Under the pieces are notes generated by a model that was given only the letters and a program-made list of their open reading frames with translations, made no database searches and was not told where the DNA came from. Shown piece after piece: positions 34,410 through 44,950 of a DNA stretch of 52,622 nucleotides. Source of the DNA: a virus (taxonomy: Duplodnaviria; Caudoviricetes); the IMG/VR virus record IMGVR_UViG_3300023223_001004, positions 1-52,622 of that record. One strand, 5' to 3'. The position numbers and the translations under genes were made by a program. Within the stretch, counting starts at the first letter, position 1. The number at the start of each line of letters is the position of its first letter.

Positions 34410-36473
34410 TTATTTCTCCAATAGAACTCTAGCACTGACCGTTATATTTTGTGCGGAAGCAACGTCTTTGGTGTTTCTAGCCTTAATAATTAGTGACTTC
34501 TTAAAAGGCTGCTCGGGCAAGTCTCTTACCATTACAGAGGCATTACTAGTGCCAACTAGCATCACAAAAGTTGCTGCCCCTGTTTTTGTTTCATCTCTTT
34601 GGAACGCTACCAATTCACCATCAATTATTAAATCATAATCAGGAACATTAGTACTTGCTGTGGCATTTTCTAAAGAGCAGTAATCTAGTATTCCTGAACC
34701 TTTTATATTCAAGAACTCGCTTGTTGGGCTAAGCCCGGTAAGGGATAAAGTTTTAGAAAATAAACCGCTAGGGTTGTCAGTACTTAAATCTAAAATCCAA
34801 CCAAATTCTACTAAATCAACTAAGAAACAATCACTTCTATTTGGGTATTCACTGATAGACTCAAACTCAGGTAAATTTTCCGCTATAACTGATGCAGTTA
34901 TTGCTCTGTTTTCAGATACCACTAGGTTTTTATTATCTGTAGAGGTTATCTTTCCATTGAGTGATCCTACTACATATGGTGTAGTAGGTGAGGTGCCATG
35001 ACTTCTTAGCCTAGAATCAAGAAGTACAGTGCCATCGATGGCGCCTTTAGCTATTGCAGCGTCTGCAATACCTATTGGCATCAAAGCGCCAGCACTAAGA
35101 AATTCTTCAGGCTGGAGAATTATAGCACCGGCAGCCTGTGAGTTATCACTATACATAAATCTATTGTCAGCTATTGGAACAACAGTTGATAGCGATGTGC
35201 TAGCTGCGTCATACGTAGAACCGCTAAACGATTGAGCGGGTTGGCTAATAGAATCATGCCGCTTATCAACACCTGTCCTGATAAGAGCTACCACGCGAGT
35301 ACCAAAGTTGACGCTGACCGTATGAACAATACCATTATACGATATATTGAAATTACCATTTGCATCTTTCAATATATGTATGGGTGTATTCCCTTGGAGT
35401 TGTTCAGAAATTATAGGGTCTAATTTTAACGGAGTTCCTATAGTTAAGGAAGTGTAAGCTGGCTGTACGACAGTGACAGCATAAATTCCAAGAACCTCAC
35501 CACTAGAAGAATCCACGGGATTTGTGACGCCTGAAAATCCAACTTGGTCTTGATCAAAATCCCAACCTGATACAGCAACAACCAACAATTCAGTAGACGA
35601 TTCAGCTAATACCCCTATAGGTTTTCTCCCTGAATTACCTCTAAATACATCTAAACTTGTGCCACTTAAACTGGCGGTTTCACTCATGAAATGTATATTA
35701 TGGAACCCTCCATCTAAATTAGGCACACTGACCGCTACTGAGAATCCATCTTGCATCCTATCTGCCGGAGTTTGAGAACTATTAGCTCTGGCACTAGTTG
35801 CTGCTGAGTCGAATAGGTTACCAGAAACTGCTGTATTAGAACCTGTAGCATTTGTAAAAGTATAGTTCTTAATGTTAACAGTAGTATCATTAGACTTACC
35901 AATTACACTGACCACATTATTAGGTCCATTTATACCTAAATCTACAATAGAAGGTCTAACAACTGAACCACCGCTAGTTGCGTGTCTTACTGTAGTGCCT
36001 ATGGAGAAAGATATACCATTGTAATCACCAAATCTTATCTCTGGGCCTTCAATTCCAACACTTCTATCGTTTACGGCAGCAAATTGATCTGTGCCACTTG
36101 CTATGGGTGTTATATCGAATCCTTTGAAATCTATAGTTTCTACTGAGGCATCCCAGATAATCTCTTCAACATCATTGTTAGTTATCACATCTATAGCCAA
36201 AGTAGAGCCATATACAAGTCCATCTACAGCACCAATGAATGTAGAGCCACCAACAGTTACTAGGTTATCCGTACTCACCTCTACAGTTTTAAATGGAAAA
36301 GAGTCTGTATATGATGTGGCACCTGTATTGAGTAAAGTGCCGCTACTGAACTCAGAAGGATATATTTTACTATCTTCACCAAGTTTAACATTTTCCTTGT
36401 CTGATATAGCTAATCCAGCTGTAAAATCAGCACTACCTAAAGCGCCTCCACCACCACCCACTAGTTCAGTCAT
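34410..36473 (-). CDS. Tail fibre / receptor-binding protein
   Basis: 687 aa, Ser/Thr/Gly/Val-rich, poly-Gly N-terminus, after the baseplate genes. Confidence 0.7.
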   Translation of the reverse strand: MTELVGGGGGALGSADFTAGLAISDKENVKLGEDSKIYPSEFSSGTLLNTGATSYTDSFPFKTVEVSTDNLVTVGGSTFIGAVDGLVYGSTLAIDVITNNDVEEIIWDASVETIDFKGFDITPIASGTDQFAAVNDRSVGIEGPEIRFGDYNGISFSIGTTVRHATSGGSVVRPSIVDLGINGPNNVVSVIGKSNDTTVNIKNYTFTNATGSNTAVSGNLFDSAATSARANSSQTPADRMQDGFSVAVSVPNLDGGFHNIHFMSETASLSGTSLDVFRGNSGRKPIGVLAESSTELLVVAVSGWDFDQDQVGFSGVTNPVDSSSGEVLGIYAVTVVQPAYTSLTIGTPLKLDPIISEQLQGNTPIHILKDANGNFNISYNGIVHTVSVNFGTRVVALIRTGVDKRHDSISQPAQSFSGSTYDAASTSLSTVVPIADNRFMYSDNSQAAGAIILQPEEFLSAGALMPIGIADAAIAKGAIDGTVLLDSRLRSHGTSPTTPYVVGSLNGKITSTDNKNLVVSENRAITASVIAENLPEFESISEYPNRSDCFLVDLVEFGWILDLSTDNPSGLFSKTLSLTGLSPTSEFLNIKGSGILDYCSLENATASTNVPDYDLIIDGELVAFQRDETKTGAATFVMLVGTSNASVMVRDLPEQPFKKSLIIKARNTKDVASAQNITVSARVLLEK

Positions 36474-37238
36474 TTAGAAAGTCCACCCGTCAATACCATT
36501 TGATTTAAAGCGCAAAAATAAACTAACGCCCCCAACAACTTGCAAAACTGGTGAACTCGATTCACCGTTTATTGTTTGTAACGCGGCAGGATTTATAATA
36601 GGCGTCACATCTTTAAAAAGTTTTTCTATTTCAACAATAACATACTGTCCTGATGGCACTAGAGATGCATCGGGTAATACGTAAGTTAATGAATCTTCTA
36701 TTTGATTTATTCTGTCAGCCACTAAAACTGCACCCCCACCAGTAACAGTATTGACTGTTAGAAAAGCACTTATTCTGGCATTGCTGGCTCCGTCACCTCT
36801 TGATATCTCAAAATTATTATTACTTTGAGAAAATCGTAGGGTCAAATATTCATTTGCTACAATATCTCCGTTAACTAAAGGCGTTTGCGCTGCAGTTACT
36901 ATCGCGACTACACCGATACCGTTTGCGTTTACTGTGGCTGCTAGAGTATTAGAAAAAGGTGCCTTGAATATTACTCGCTGCTTATCTATATAAGCTGTGG
37001 GTACTCTGAGTGCACCTAAACTAGTTAGTACATAAGCGTTTGATGCACCGGCTGATGAATAGAAATCACCCTGAGCTACATAAGTGCCGATTGATCGGGC
37101 TATCTGGAATAAATCGGCACCACTTAAGCTAATACCTGCAGCCAGCATGATATTTTGGAGTTCGTTAGCAAACGAATTATACTCCGCCGCCGGCAAGACA
37201 TCGATATCATCAATTTTAGGTAAATCTAGATTCTGCAT
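36474..37238 (-). CDS. Proximal tail fibre / fibre anchor protein
   Basis: AAEYNSFANELQNIMLAAGISL resembles Mu/SfV-type fibre N-termini; follows the gp48-like gene. Confidence 0.72.
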   Translation of the reverse strand: MQNLDLPKIDDIDVLPAAEYNSFANELQNIMLAAGISLSGADLFQIARSIGTYVAQGDFYSSAGASNAYVLTSLGALRVPTAYIDKQRVIFKAPFSNTLAATVNANGIGVVAIVTAAQTPLVNGDIVANEYLTLRFSQSNNNFEISRGDGASNARISAFLTVNTVTGGGAVLVADRINQIEDSLTYVLPDASLVPSGQYVIVEIEKLFKDVTPIINPAALQTINGESSSPVLQVVGGVSLFLRFKSNGIDGWTF

Positions 37239-37241
37239 ATC

Positions 37242-37835
37242 TTATCCTGTAAAAACAAATTTAACATCGACGTTACCAGGCACCAGCTGTAATAATACAC
37301 ATAATACCGTACCTAGCCCCAAGTCACTAGTAAAAGGAATTGCAAACGGTAAAGGGAATACCACTTGAGGTATTGGTAAGTCGATTACGATTGAATACTT
37401 TGCTGTTTTGGTATCCGGAAAAGTTCCAGGGTTCAATTGTTCAAAATCGAAACCAGGGACAGCAGTTGCGGTAAGTCCAAAAAAATCAATAACATTTTGA
37501 ATATCCTGTAAAAGTGTAGTTCCAGGAAACCTAGCAAGCTTCGCCACAACATTATCACGTCTTGTTTGAATATCGAAATTAGTACCAATGCATTGATCAG
37601 GAATGCCTACTGATACTTCCCATTCAGTTATAAGTAAGGTGGTTTGAAGAATGTCAATTTCTGTAAGTTTTAAATCAATTTGTTGCTGAAATCTAACGAG
37701 CTCACCACTTAAGCCTAATACCAGCTTATATAAATTCGCCTCTTCTATATTTTTACTTTCCCAAGCTGCACCATCAGGAAGATACGCGGCTAATATATCT
37801 CTTTCTTCTAGTTGAGTGTTAGCTTCAAAAATCAT
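37242..37835 (-). CDS. Baseplate protein, Mu gp48 / YmfQ-like
   Basis: LPDGAAW...LITEWEVSVGIPDQC...RRDNVVAKL. Confidence 0.85.
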   Translation of the reverse strand: MIFEANTQLEERDILAAYLPDGAAWESKNIEEANLYKLVLGLSGELVRFQQQIDLKLTEIDILQTTLLITEWEVSVGIPDQCIGTNFDIQTRRDNVVAKLARFPGTTLLQDIQNVIDFFGLTATAVPGFDFEQLNPGTFPDTKTAKYSIVIDLPIPQVVFPLPFAIPFTSDLGLGTVLCVLLQLVPGNVDVKFVFTG

Positions 37836-39154
37836 TAGAAAGTCACCAGACCAAGAGTTACAATACCGTCAAGACCAGGATCTATATCAGTTGTAGGGTC
37901 AGTTAAGGTAAAGCTTGCTAATTGAGTTCCGGTATCATCTTGAGTTAAAGTTATCGCAGTTCTGTATTGATCTTCAGTTACTATCTGTTCGAAGGTAACT
38001 GAGTCAGCAAAGAATGCTTGAAGGTTGGCAGTTATGTTAGCTCGCATAGAAGAATTGTCTGGTGATATCGCAGAAAATGTAAAAGCTTGAGCAGTCGGAA
38101 TTGGTGCCTTAACAAATAATTGGCTAGTCCCTGTATTTGCTGGAAGTAATTCATCCTCTATAAATGTTCTTACGTCTGCAATTTCGCTTGCATCAGGAAT
38201 TATATCAGAATCATTATCTCGTAAAAAAAATACAGATACATCACCTACTGATGTTGACTGAAGATCAGCATCATAAACTCGTTTTACAAATACTCTGGTA
38301 ACGCCATCAACATTTTCGATTACTTCTTTTATGATAGTTGGTGGATTAAAAGGTGTGCCAGGATTGGCGCGAAGTCCTAACAATCTTGCTACAGCGTCTG
38401 CTTCAGTTTCATCATCAGTACCACCTGTTATTGCTTCAGGTCTAACAAAGGCTGCTGAATCGATTCCAGCTATAACTGGTGCAGCATTTACTTGAGCGCC
38501 AGCCAATAAATTTTGGTCAGCTCCGGTGTCTTGTGATTCGACTTCAACTACTGCACTGTCCAGCGTGGCAGTGATAGTGCCAGTTGCAGGAGTCGTAGGA
38601 CTACCAACTATTTCATATTGAAATATTAAATTCGTGGAAGCAATGATAGGAAATGTACCATTGTATTCTGCTTGATCAGCTCCAGCTATTGTTGGGCTAT
38701 TCCCTGTAGCTAACCCATGATCGCTAGAAGCTGTTGCTGTAACAGTAGTGCCTACTCTAATCAAAGTTACAGAAACCACACTAGTTTGAATGGTGACTTC
38801 TGCTTGAGTGATCAATGAAACGTCACCGGTCACAAATACACTCGAAATAGGTAAAACAGTAGTTGGTGTACCCGTAACTGTTAATGGTCCACTTGATTCT
38901 GTTGCTGTCAATCTTGCTGTATCTTGGTACTGTAACCACCTATCAAGGAATTCATCCATAGCTGTTTGTGGAAATTGCTGATCAACTGATTGCTGGTCAT
39001 AAAGATATAAATCAAATACTCGCGCACCTAAGCTTTGAGCAAGAGCAAGGGCCCATTGCTCACTAATAGATGGGTCCAAATCAATTAAAGCAGTAGCTAT
39101 ATCAGAAGTTATCCGCTCTACAATTTGATCAAGTGTCGGTATTGGTAACGGCAA
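37835..39154 (-). CDS. Baseplate J / Mu gp47-like wedge protein with inserted beta domain
   Basis: FPQTAMDEFLDRW, GGTDDET, GVTRVFV; insert TATASSDHGLATG...YNGTF. Confidence 0.88.
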   Translation of the reverse strand: MPLPIPTLDQIVERITSDIATALIDLDPSISEQWALALAQSLGARVFDLYLYDQQSVDQQFPQTAMDEFLDRWLQYQDTARLTATESSGPLTVTGTPTTVLPISSVFVTGDVSLITQAEVTIQTSVVSVTLIRVGTTVTATASSDHGLATGNSPTIAGADQAEYNGTFPIIASTNLIFQYEIVGSPTTPATGTITATLDSAVVEVESQDTGADQNLLAGAQVNAAPVIAGIDSAAFVRPEAITGGTDDETEADAVARLLGLRANPGTPFNPPTIIKEVIENVDGVTRVFVKRVYDADLQSTSVGDVSVFFLRDNDSDIIPDASEIADVRTFIEDELLPANTGTSQLFVKAPIPTAQAFTFSAISPDNSSMRANITANLQAFFADSVTFEQIVTEDQYRTAITLTQDDTGTQLASFTLTDPTTDIDPGLDGIVTLGLVTF

Positions 39155-39578
39155 GTGTCTTCTCCCAAAGATTTACAGCTAAATTTAAAGACGGCCCACG
39201 CGGTATATCGACAACTCCAACAAGGGCTATACCTTGCTGAACCACTTCACCCTCAAAAGAAACTGATAAAGCTAGATTATTTTCGACCATCCATTGTAAC
39301 GATTCTTCAGCAAAACTAGCAGCCAATCTTGCATTTTCAGTTGTAGCTCTAGCCTGTTCTAATGTCCACAATAACGATCCAGCTTGAGTTTCTTTCACCA
39401 GGTCGATGATCCATCCTCTATTCTTTAACGGGTCAATTCGTTGTTGTGATTCACGCTTATCAGTGAATAATGAGAAAATAATCGAAGTAAAAAGCGAATC
39501 ATCTTTTACAATAGATCCATCAACGATTTCAAAATCATAATAACCTTTCTCATTATTTAATAATATATCGTCAGCCAT
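39129..39578 (-). CDS. Baseplate protein, Mu gp46-like
   Basis: IIFSLFTDKR...RGWIID...GSLLWTL...AEESLQWMV. Confidence 0.88.
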   Translation of the reverse strand: MADDILLNNEKGYYDFEIVDGSIVKDDSLFTSIIFSLFTDKRESQQRIDPLKNRGWIIDLVKETQAGSLLWTLEQARATTENARLAASFAEESLQWMVENNLALSVSFEGEVVQQGIALVGVVDIPRGPSLNLAVNLWEKTLAVTNTDT

Positions 39579-40201
39579 TATGCAGGTCCAGCTGTTGGTC
39601 CAGGTGCTGAAGAACCACTATTAATAACGTGTGTATGAGTACTATGGTTGACCCCATTAATAACAGCCTCTGGTGTAGTAATTGTATCATTAAAGTTCAC
39701 CGCTCCAGTAACATCCCAACTAGCTGCACTCAAAGTAGCTGCGCCTGTAACAGTGAAATCAAAAGTTCCACTGATAGTTGTAGTCATGTTACCTGTTACA
39801 TTAACAGTGGCGTCACCACCAATGTTTATTATACTGTCTTTTTTAACGGTCACAAGCAAGTCACCATTTTCACCAGATGTTGTTAAGTCTACATCACCGT
39901 TTTCCTTGAAGATAACCACACTCTTTGTGATCACGTTACCTATAGCAACTTCACCGGCCTTTAAATTCTTGAAACGTTCGCGAGGTGTCTGCTCAATACC
40001 AAATTTAGTTGATTCCTGCCCTTGATTCGAGAACATAAGTACAAATGCATCTTGAGGTGCGTTAGAAAACAAACCATAAGGCGTCATTATCACGTATTGA
40101 GTAGGTTTCCCATTATATTCACACTTACCTAAAGGCCAAGGAGTGGTATCGTCTAATACAATACGTTTGACTGCTCCTTTAATCCACTTACGAAAAGACA
40201 T
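39578..40201 (-). CDS. Baseplate central spike, Mu gp45-like
   Basis: PYGLFSN, LKAGEVAI, beta-helix repeats, C-terminal HTH metal-binding tip (HSTHTH). Confidence 0.88.
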   Translation of the reverse strand: MSFRKWIKGAVKRIVLDDTTPWPLGKCEYNGKPTQYVIMTPYGLFSNAPQDAFVLMFSNQGQESTKFGIEQTPRERFKNLKAGEVAIGNVITKSVVIFKENGDVDLTTSGENGDLLVTVKKDSIINIGGDATVNVTGNMTTTISGTFDFTVTGAATLSAASWDVTGAVNFNDTITTPEAVINGVNHSTHTHVINSGSSAPGPTAGPA

Positions 40202-41255
40202 CTAGTATACTCGACTTGGTGGTTAAACTTAGAGTAGGATCTAACGAATAAGCATCAGGAGGAGCGACTTTCAATGTTGTAGTGCTACCAGTTGTATTGC
40301 TGAACTTAAATCTTACCGACTCAATTAACATCTCGCTATCGATTGAAAGGAATTCATCTTTTACATAAACTAATTCATTGGGTATCCATACCTTACCATT
40401 AGCTGAATGCATAGGAACTGTTATATTGGCCGTATCACTTCTAGCCCGCCTAATATTCGATTCCCAATCAACCCTGTCTTGAAGTTGCTCAGAATTTAAA
40501 CTTTCTTCAGCATTAAACTCTAGCTTTCTGATAGTTCTAATATCACTATCTGTTGCTAAGGCAAGTGGTGATACTACAGTCTCTGGAGATTCATCGAATA
40601 CAGCTGCAGCAGGATTTAATTGAGAACGAGCAGTATATTTATTAAAACGCTCTCTTGTAGATACACTACCTGACGCAGCTATAATATTATTAGTTTTATT
40701 ATTTTTTACATTCTTTAAATTATTTGGATTAAGTGTGGTACCAGTTCTAGTAATTACTATCTGGCCAAGACCATTTGTTGTTAAAAGAACTTGGGCTTTT
40801 TTAGCGTAGCTATTTATAAAGTTAAAAATAGTCTGGCCAATATCACCACTGACTAATTCACCTTCCTTGAATTCTTTTATTGCACCTACTTCGTTAATTA
40901 CTTCAAGTCCCGTCACTTGCCTTACAACTTCCTCGAATGTAATAGGTGTTTGAAGCTCTTTAATATCGCCAAGAGTTGAATCTATGATATCACCGGTCAA
41001 ATCTCGACCTGAAAAAGTTATATTATGACTTGTGCCACTATAAGAAACATTGACAACTTCTACAAATCCAGTGAGAAAAATTTCACCATCTACAAGGATA
41101 GATATATCATCACCTGTTTTAACCGGGTAAGGTTCATCGGGTCTGGCTGGAGTCATAATGCTAAAACCGCCAGCAATACTTGTCATTGACCGTTCAACAG
41201 ATGCTTCAGTGAATCCTGCAAGGGTAGAGTTATTCAACTGAATAGCAATTGTCAT
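40188..41255 (-). CDS. Baseplate hub, Mu gp44 (P)-like
   Basis: SVERSMTSIAGGF, TGFVE, SGRDLTGDIIDST, WIPNELVYV. Confidence 0.88.
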   Translation of the reverse strand: MTIAIQLNNSTLAGFTEASVERSMTSIAGGFSIMTPARPDEPYPVKTGDDISILVDGEIFLTGFVEVVNVSYSGTSHNITFSGRDLTGDIIDSTLGDIKELQTPITFEEVVRQVTGLEVINEVGAIKEFKEGELVSGDIGQTIFNFINSYAKKAQVLLTTNGLGQIVITRTGTTLNPNNLKNVKNNKTNNIIAASGSVSTRERFNKYTARSQLNPAAAVFDESPETVVSPLALATDSDIRTIRKLEFNAEESLNSEQLQDRVDWESNIRRARSDTANITVPMHSANGKVWIPNELVYVKDEFLSIDSEMLIESVRFKFSNTTGSTTTLKVAPPDAYSLDPTLSLTTKSSILDVFS

Positions 41256-41509
41256 TCAGTAACCACTTCGAGAGAACCGGTAAGGCGTGATATATTCTGA
41301 CCAGTATTTAACTTCGCTACAGTAGCTGCATTATCGATATCCCCATAAAGTTGATATGACAATCTAGCAGCACCCAGCTTTCTTTTTAAGTCGATGATAT
41401 TAACTTGTGGTGTAGCTTGTTCTTTTTGAGCTAAGATTTCTTCTGCTGCAACTTGAACATCATACATGTCACTTTTTAAATCATTGCCAATATCACCGAT
41501 AATACTCAC
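41252..41509 (-). CDS. C-terminal portion of Mu gpN-like protein as a separate ORF
   Basis: LSYQLYGD...LN motif; own AGGAG RBS and GTG start. Confidence 0.65.
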   Translation of the reverse strand: MSIIGDIGNDLKSDMYDVQVAAEEILAQKEQATPQVNIIDLKRKLGAARLSYQLYGDIDNAATVAKLNTGQNISRLTGSLEVVTE

Positions 41510-42441
41510 GCGAAAAAGCTCCTATTTATTACTCGATCAAAAGAAGTATTAATTTTGTCACTAGTTTCACTTAATTCTGAAGTGGTTTCAAATGTTCTTG
41601 CAGTAGCTTGTTCATATAAACCAACAGCACTGAAAGATTGAACCACGTCATCTATAAGAGTTAAGTTAACCACTCTGGATCTTCTATCTCTTGTGGTAGG
41701 AGAAATAAACGTATCACCATCACCAAAAATAGTAAGAGAGTTTAGTGAATCTATGGAAGTAGTCAAAGCGGATAAATTATCATAGTTGGTGATCATAATA
41801 TCTGAGAATTCATCAGGATTAGTGGCAAAGAAACCTACATTGGTTTCCATATTTTTAAGGTCGCGTGTAATATTAGTTCTTATTTGATCTGAACCTGTCG
41901 AATTAGTGAGTACATCAGTGAAACCGGTTACAAACCCCAGTATTTTTAATTCAATACTGTCCTGGCTAGCGGAAGAAATAATAGGTTGAAATAAACTAGT
42001 GTATTTTGACCCGATATTAGTTCTACTTATCCTCGACTTACTCTGAAGATTATTTACAGAACCTGATAACTCAGTCAAAAAAGAACTTTCGTCACTGACT
42101 AAAAAAGTCATCTCAAAAAGAACTTGACCCTTTTCAGTGTCTCTTGTTGATATTATATATGGTGCAACACTTACATCAATCACACCGTAGTAAGGATGAG
42201 ATAGTCTATTCTGATTTTTATTTTTTAGAGCGTTACGTAAAGAGTCACGCAATGTAATCACATTAGATCCATGAACCAATGCTTGTATTTCGAAACGTGG
42301 TGGAATAGTACCGATTCTTTCAACAAATCGACTATCTGAATTAACGAATTCATGAATGGCAATACGTGGACCTTCTGTATTTCTTTCACTCCGCATAAGA
42401 AACGGCACATCGTTAAATGAGCCAGCAAGTAAAGAAATCAT
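41506..42441 (-). CDS. Mu gpN-like DNA circularisation / tail protein, N-terminal part
   Basis: AGSFNDVPF...GPRIAIHEF...LSHPYYG. Confidence 0.85.
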   Translation of the reverse strand: MISLLAGSFNDVPFLMRSERNTEGPRIAIHEFVNSDSRFVERIGTIPPRFEIQALVHGSNVITLRDSLRNALKNKNQNRLSHPYYGVIDVSVAPYIISTRDTEKGQVLFEMTFLVSDESSFLTELSGSVNNLQSKSRISRTNIGSKYTSLFQPIISSASQDSIELKILGFVTGFTDVLTNSTGSDQIRTNITRDLKNMETNVGFFATNPDEFSDIMITNYDNLSALTTSIDSLNSLTIFGDGDTFISPTTRDRRSRVVNLTLIDDVVQSFSAVGLYEQATARTFETTSELSETSDKINTSFDRVINRSFFA

Positions 42442-44780
42442 TCTATATTCACTCCTAAATTACCAAAGTCAGAAGTAAATGCAGCCTCTTGTATTTGTGA
42501 ATTCTGTGTGGCGCCAACTGTGATGTTACCGCTTAGGCTCATTTGTTGTTTAGCTATAACAGGTGAAAGTGCTTCAGGTGTTTTGTTAACGGTGGGTGCC
42601 GGTAGAGATGTACCAAGAGCACCACCTGTCAATGCGCCAAGACCTATACTGCCTTTCTCTACAAGAAATGATGCAACACTTTTTAAGCTTTCGAAGGATG
42701 GTAATAATCCGGCTATCTTATCCTGCAAAGCAGTAATAAGCTTCAATGGTCCAGAGAATATACCAATCAACATATCTCCGAACTGTGATAAAATTGGAAA
42801 CTTCTCAACCAAGTCAGCGACGAAACCACCCATTGAAGATCCAATTGAACCAAGCATACCCAAGAAAGGTGCTGCAAATGCTTTGGCTATATTGAAATAC
42901 TCAACAGTTTTTTGCTTTATTAAATCCCAGTTTTCTATTAATAACCCCAATCCAACCAATAAAGCACCGATACCAGTGGCTATCAATAACCCCCTAACAG
43001 CGAATTTAGCTATGTTAGCAGCTATTGACATTGCGTTAAGGCCCAGAGCAGCAGCGCCACCTGTGACACCAAGCATTCTGAAATTAATAGCTGTAGCAAG
43101 AACACCACCTCTTAATGCAGCCATTGCTGGAGTTAATACCAACACATCAAGTTTTAAAAACTTAAGGACGGACTCACCTTGCAAGAGAGCTATTTTAAAT
43201 TGATTAAAAGTAAACATTGTTGCTATTGTTGCGAGTCTAAAAGCTATCAATCCACCAACTGTTAACATTATTGCATTTACTACAGCTGGATTTGCTTCGG
43301 AGAAACTAGCAAAATTACTAGTCATTCCAGCTAATACTATTGACCCCTCAACAATAGAAGGAAGCAATCCAGTCGTTAAATTAATAGCTGCAATATTAAA
43401 CTCAGCACTTAGTCTAGCTAATGCTTTACCGGTAGTTTTTTGTCTAATTTCATATTCTTTTGTGACAGAATTTGCAAACTTTGTTTTATTAGATACTTTA
43501 TCAAGAGTTTTATTTAAAAGATCTAAGTTACCAACTGCTTTAAGAACAAATTTTCCTGCTTCAGCACCGAAAAGATCAATAATTACTTTGAATTTTTTTT
43601 CTTCACCAAGCTTATCTAGCTGGGTTAGTAGTTTTATTATTGTTTTTTGTGGTGCTTTTAATAAACTTGGCAATACAGAAGCTAATTCCTTTCTTTTTGC
43701 TATTGCAATAAACATCTGGTTCAACCCTGACGCTGCTAATTCTTGAGTAGTCTCAACTTGAGCAGCAAAAGCGGCAAACCCCACTGCTGCATCTTTTGGC
43801 ATTTTAACTGCTGACATAGCACCGGAAACACGACTAAGAATATTAATCATGCTAGGGGCTTTTGCTGCTGTCGTATTTGACAAGTGATTGATAGCATCAG
43901 CAACACTTTCTATATTTTTAATAGGGATTTTCATTCTATTTGAAATATTAGCCAAAGCATCTGCTGCAACTCCTGGTAACATATCAAAAGCAATTGCAGC
44001 TTTTGCGACAGTTAATGCAAAATCAGGTAATTCAGGAACATTTATTCCCAATTGCCCACCAGCAGTTACAATATCAGCCATACCTTTGGCACCGATACTA
44101 GTATCAATTCCTAATTGTTTAATGGTTTTCTGCATTTCAGCGAATTGTGCAGGTGTTTTAAAATCAACAACTTTTCTAACATCAGCCATAGCTGATTCGA
44201 AATCAATAGCAGACTTAATTGGTCGAGTAAATATAAAGGCGGCGGCGGCGGTGTCAAATAATTGACCCCGTAGTGAATCAGCCTGGCTTCTAGCCCGGCT
44301 TAATGCACTTGTAAGTTTATTGACTTGAGCAGTTACAGGCGCGAAAGAGGTTGTTTTAAGAGGCAAGCCAGTCGCCTTGATCATAGTTAACTGCCTTCTC
44401 ATATTAGCTAACTGATCGTTTGTTCTGGAAACTGATGCAGCCATTGCAGCTGATCGTTTACTAAGGGATATTAAGTTTTGGCCTTTAGGAGTATTCCTGA
44501 TAGCCCTGTTCATTTTTTCAAGTTTATCAGCACCAATACTAGTTGCAGCGTTTAGTTTCTTTGCTGCTTGTGCGGATAGATTAAAGTTACCAGCTAATTT
44601 TTGAACCTGGACTTTATTTATTGTTTTTGAAACTCTACCTAAATTTTTATCCAGCATTCTAGACGAACTAGATAATTTATTAATGGCTTTCTCTGCCTTC
44701 AATGCTCCAGCAGTTATTTTCTTTATCTGTGGAGAAAACTTATCTATGATTTCATATAAATAAGAGACATTAAAAGCCAT
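42438..44780 (-). CDS. Tape measure protein (TP901-type core)
   Basis: AIDFESAMADVRKVVDF motif; Ala/Leu-rich helical protein. Confidence 0.93.
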   Translation of the reverse strand: MAFNVSYLYEIIDKFSPQIKKITAGALKAEKAINKLSSSSRMLDKNLGRVSKTINKVQVQKLAGNFNLSAQAAKKLNAATSIGADKLEKMNRAIRNTPKGQNLISLSKRSAAMAASVSRTNDQLANMRRQLTMIKATGLPLKTTSFAPVTAQVNKLTSALSRARSQADSLRGQLFDTAAAAFIFTRPIKSAIDFESAMADVRKVVDFKTPAQFAEMQKTIKQLGIDTSIGAKGMADIVTAGGQLGINVPELPDFALTVAKAAIAFDMLPGVAADALANISNRMKIPIKNIESVADAINHLSNTTAAKAPSMINILSRVSGAMSAVKMPKDAAVGFAAFAAQVETTQELAASGLNQMFIAIAKRKELASVLPSLLKAPQKTIIKLLTQLDKLGEEKKFKVIIDLFGAEAGKFVLKAVGNLDLLNKTLDKVSNKTKFANSVTKEYEIRQKTTGKALARLSAEFNIAAINLTTGLLPSIVEGSIVLAGMTSNFASFSEANPAVVNAIMLTVGGLIAFRLATIATMFTFNQFKIALLQGESVLKFLKLDVLVLTPAMAALRGGVLATAINFRMLGVTGGAAALGLNAMSIAANIAKFAVRGLLIATGIGALLVGLGLLIENWDLIKQKTVEYFNIAKAFAAPFLGMLGSIGSSMGGFVADLVEKFPILSQFGDMLIGIFSGPLKLITALQDKIAGLLPSFESLKSVASFLVEKGSIGLGALTGGALGTSLPAPTVNKTPEALSPVIAKQQMSLSGNITVGATQNSQIQEAAFTSDFGNLGVNIE

Positions 44781-44782
44781 TG

Positions 44783-44950
44783 CTATTTTACCTTCTGTAT
44801 ATACTTGACCTGATAGTTTCTGAGCTTATTTAGCTCTGTATACGGTAAAGATTGGGCCTCCGAATAAGATAGCCCACCTTCGTAGAACTTTATTAGGTCA
44901 TGAATTAAGGCTTCCCAACTTTCTCCGTTTGGGAGTCTAAAGTAAAATTT
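44783..44950 (-). CDS. Tail chaperone G-T extension reached by -1 frameshift
   Basis: Slippery A AAT TTT at 44950-44944; the -1 frame is open to TAG at 44783, just before the tape measure ATG. Confidence 0.75.
   Translation of the reverse strand, partial: KFYFRLPNGESWEALIHDLIKFYEGGLSYSEAQSLPYTELNKLRNYQVKYIQKVK

Noticed and set aside
34410-37238. Diversity-generating retroelement or invertible tail-fibre system
   Set aside because: No reverse transcriptase or invertase gene, and no template/variable repeat pair seen
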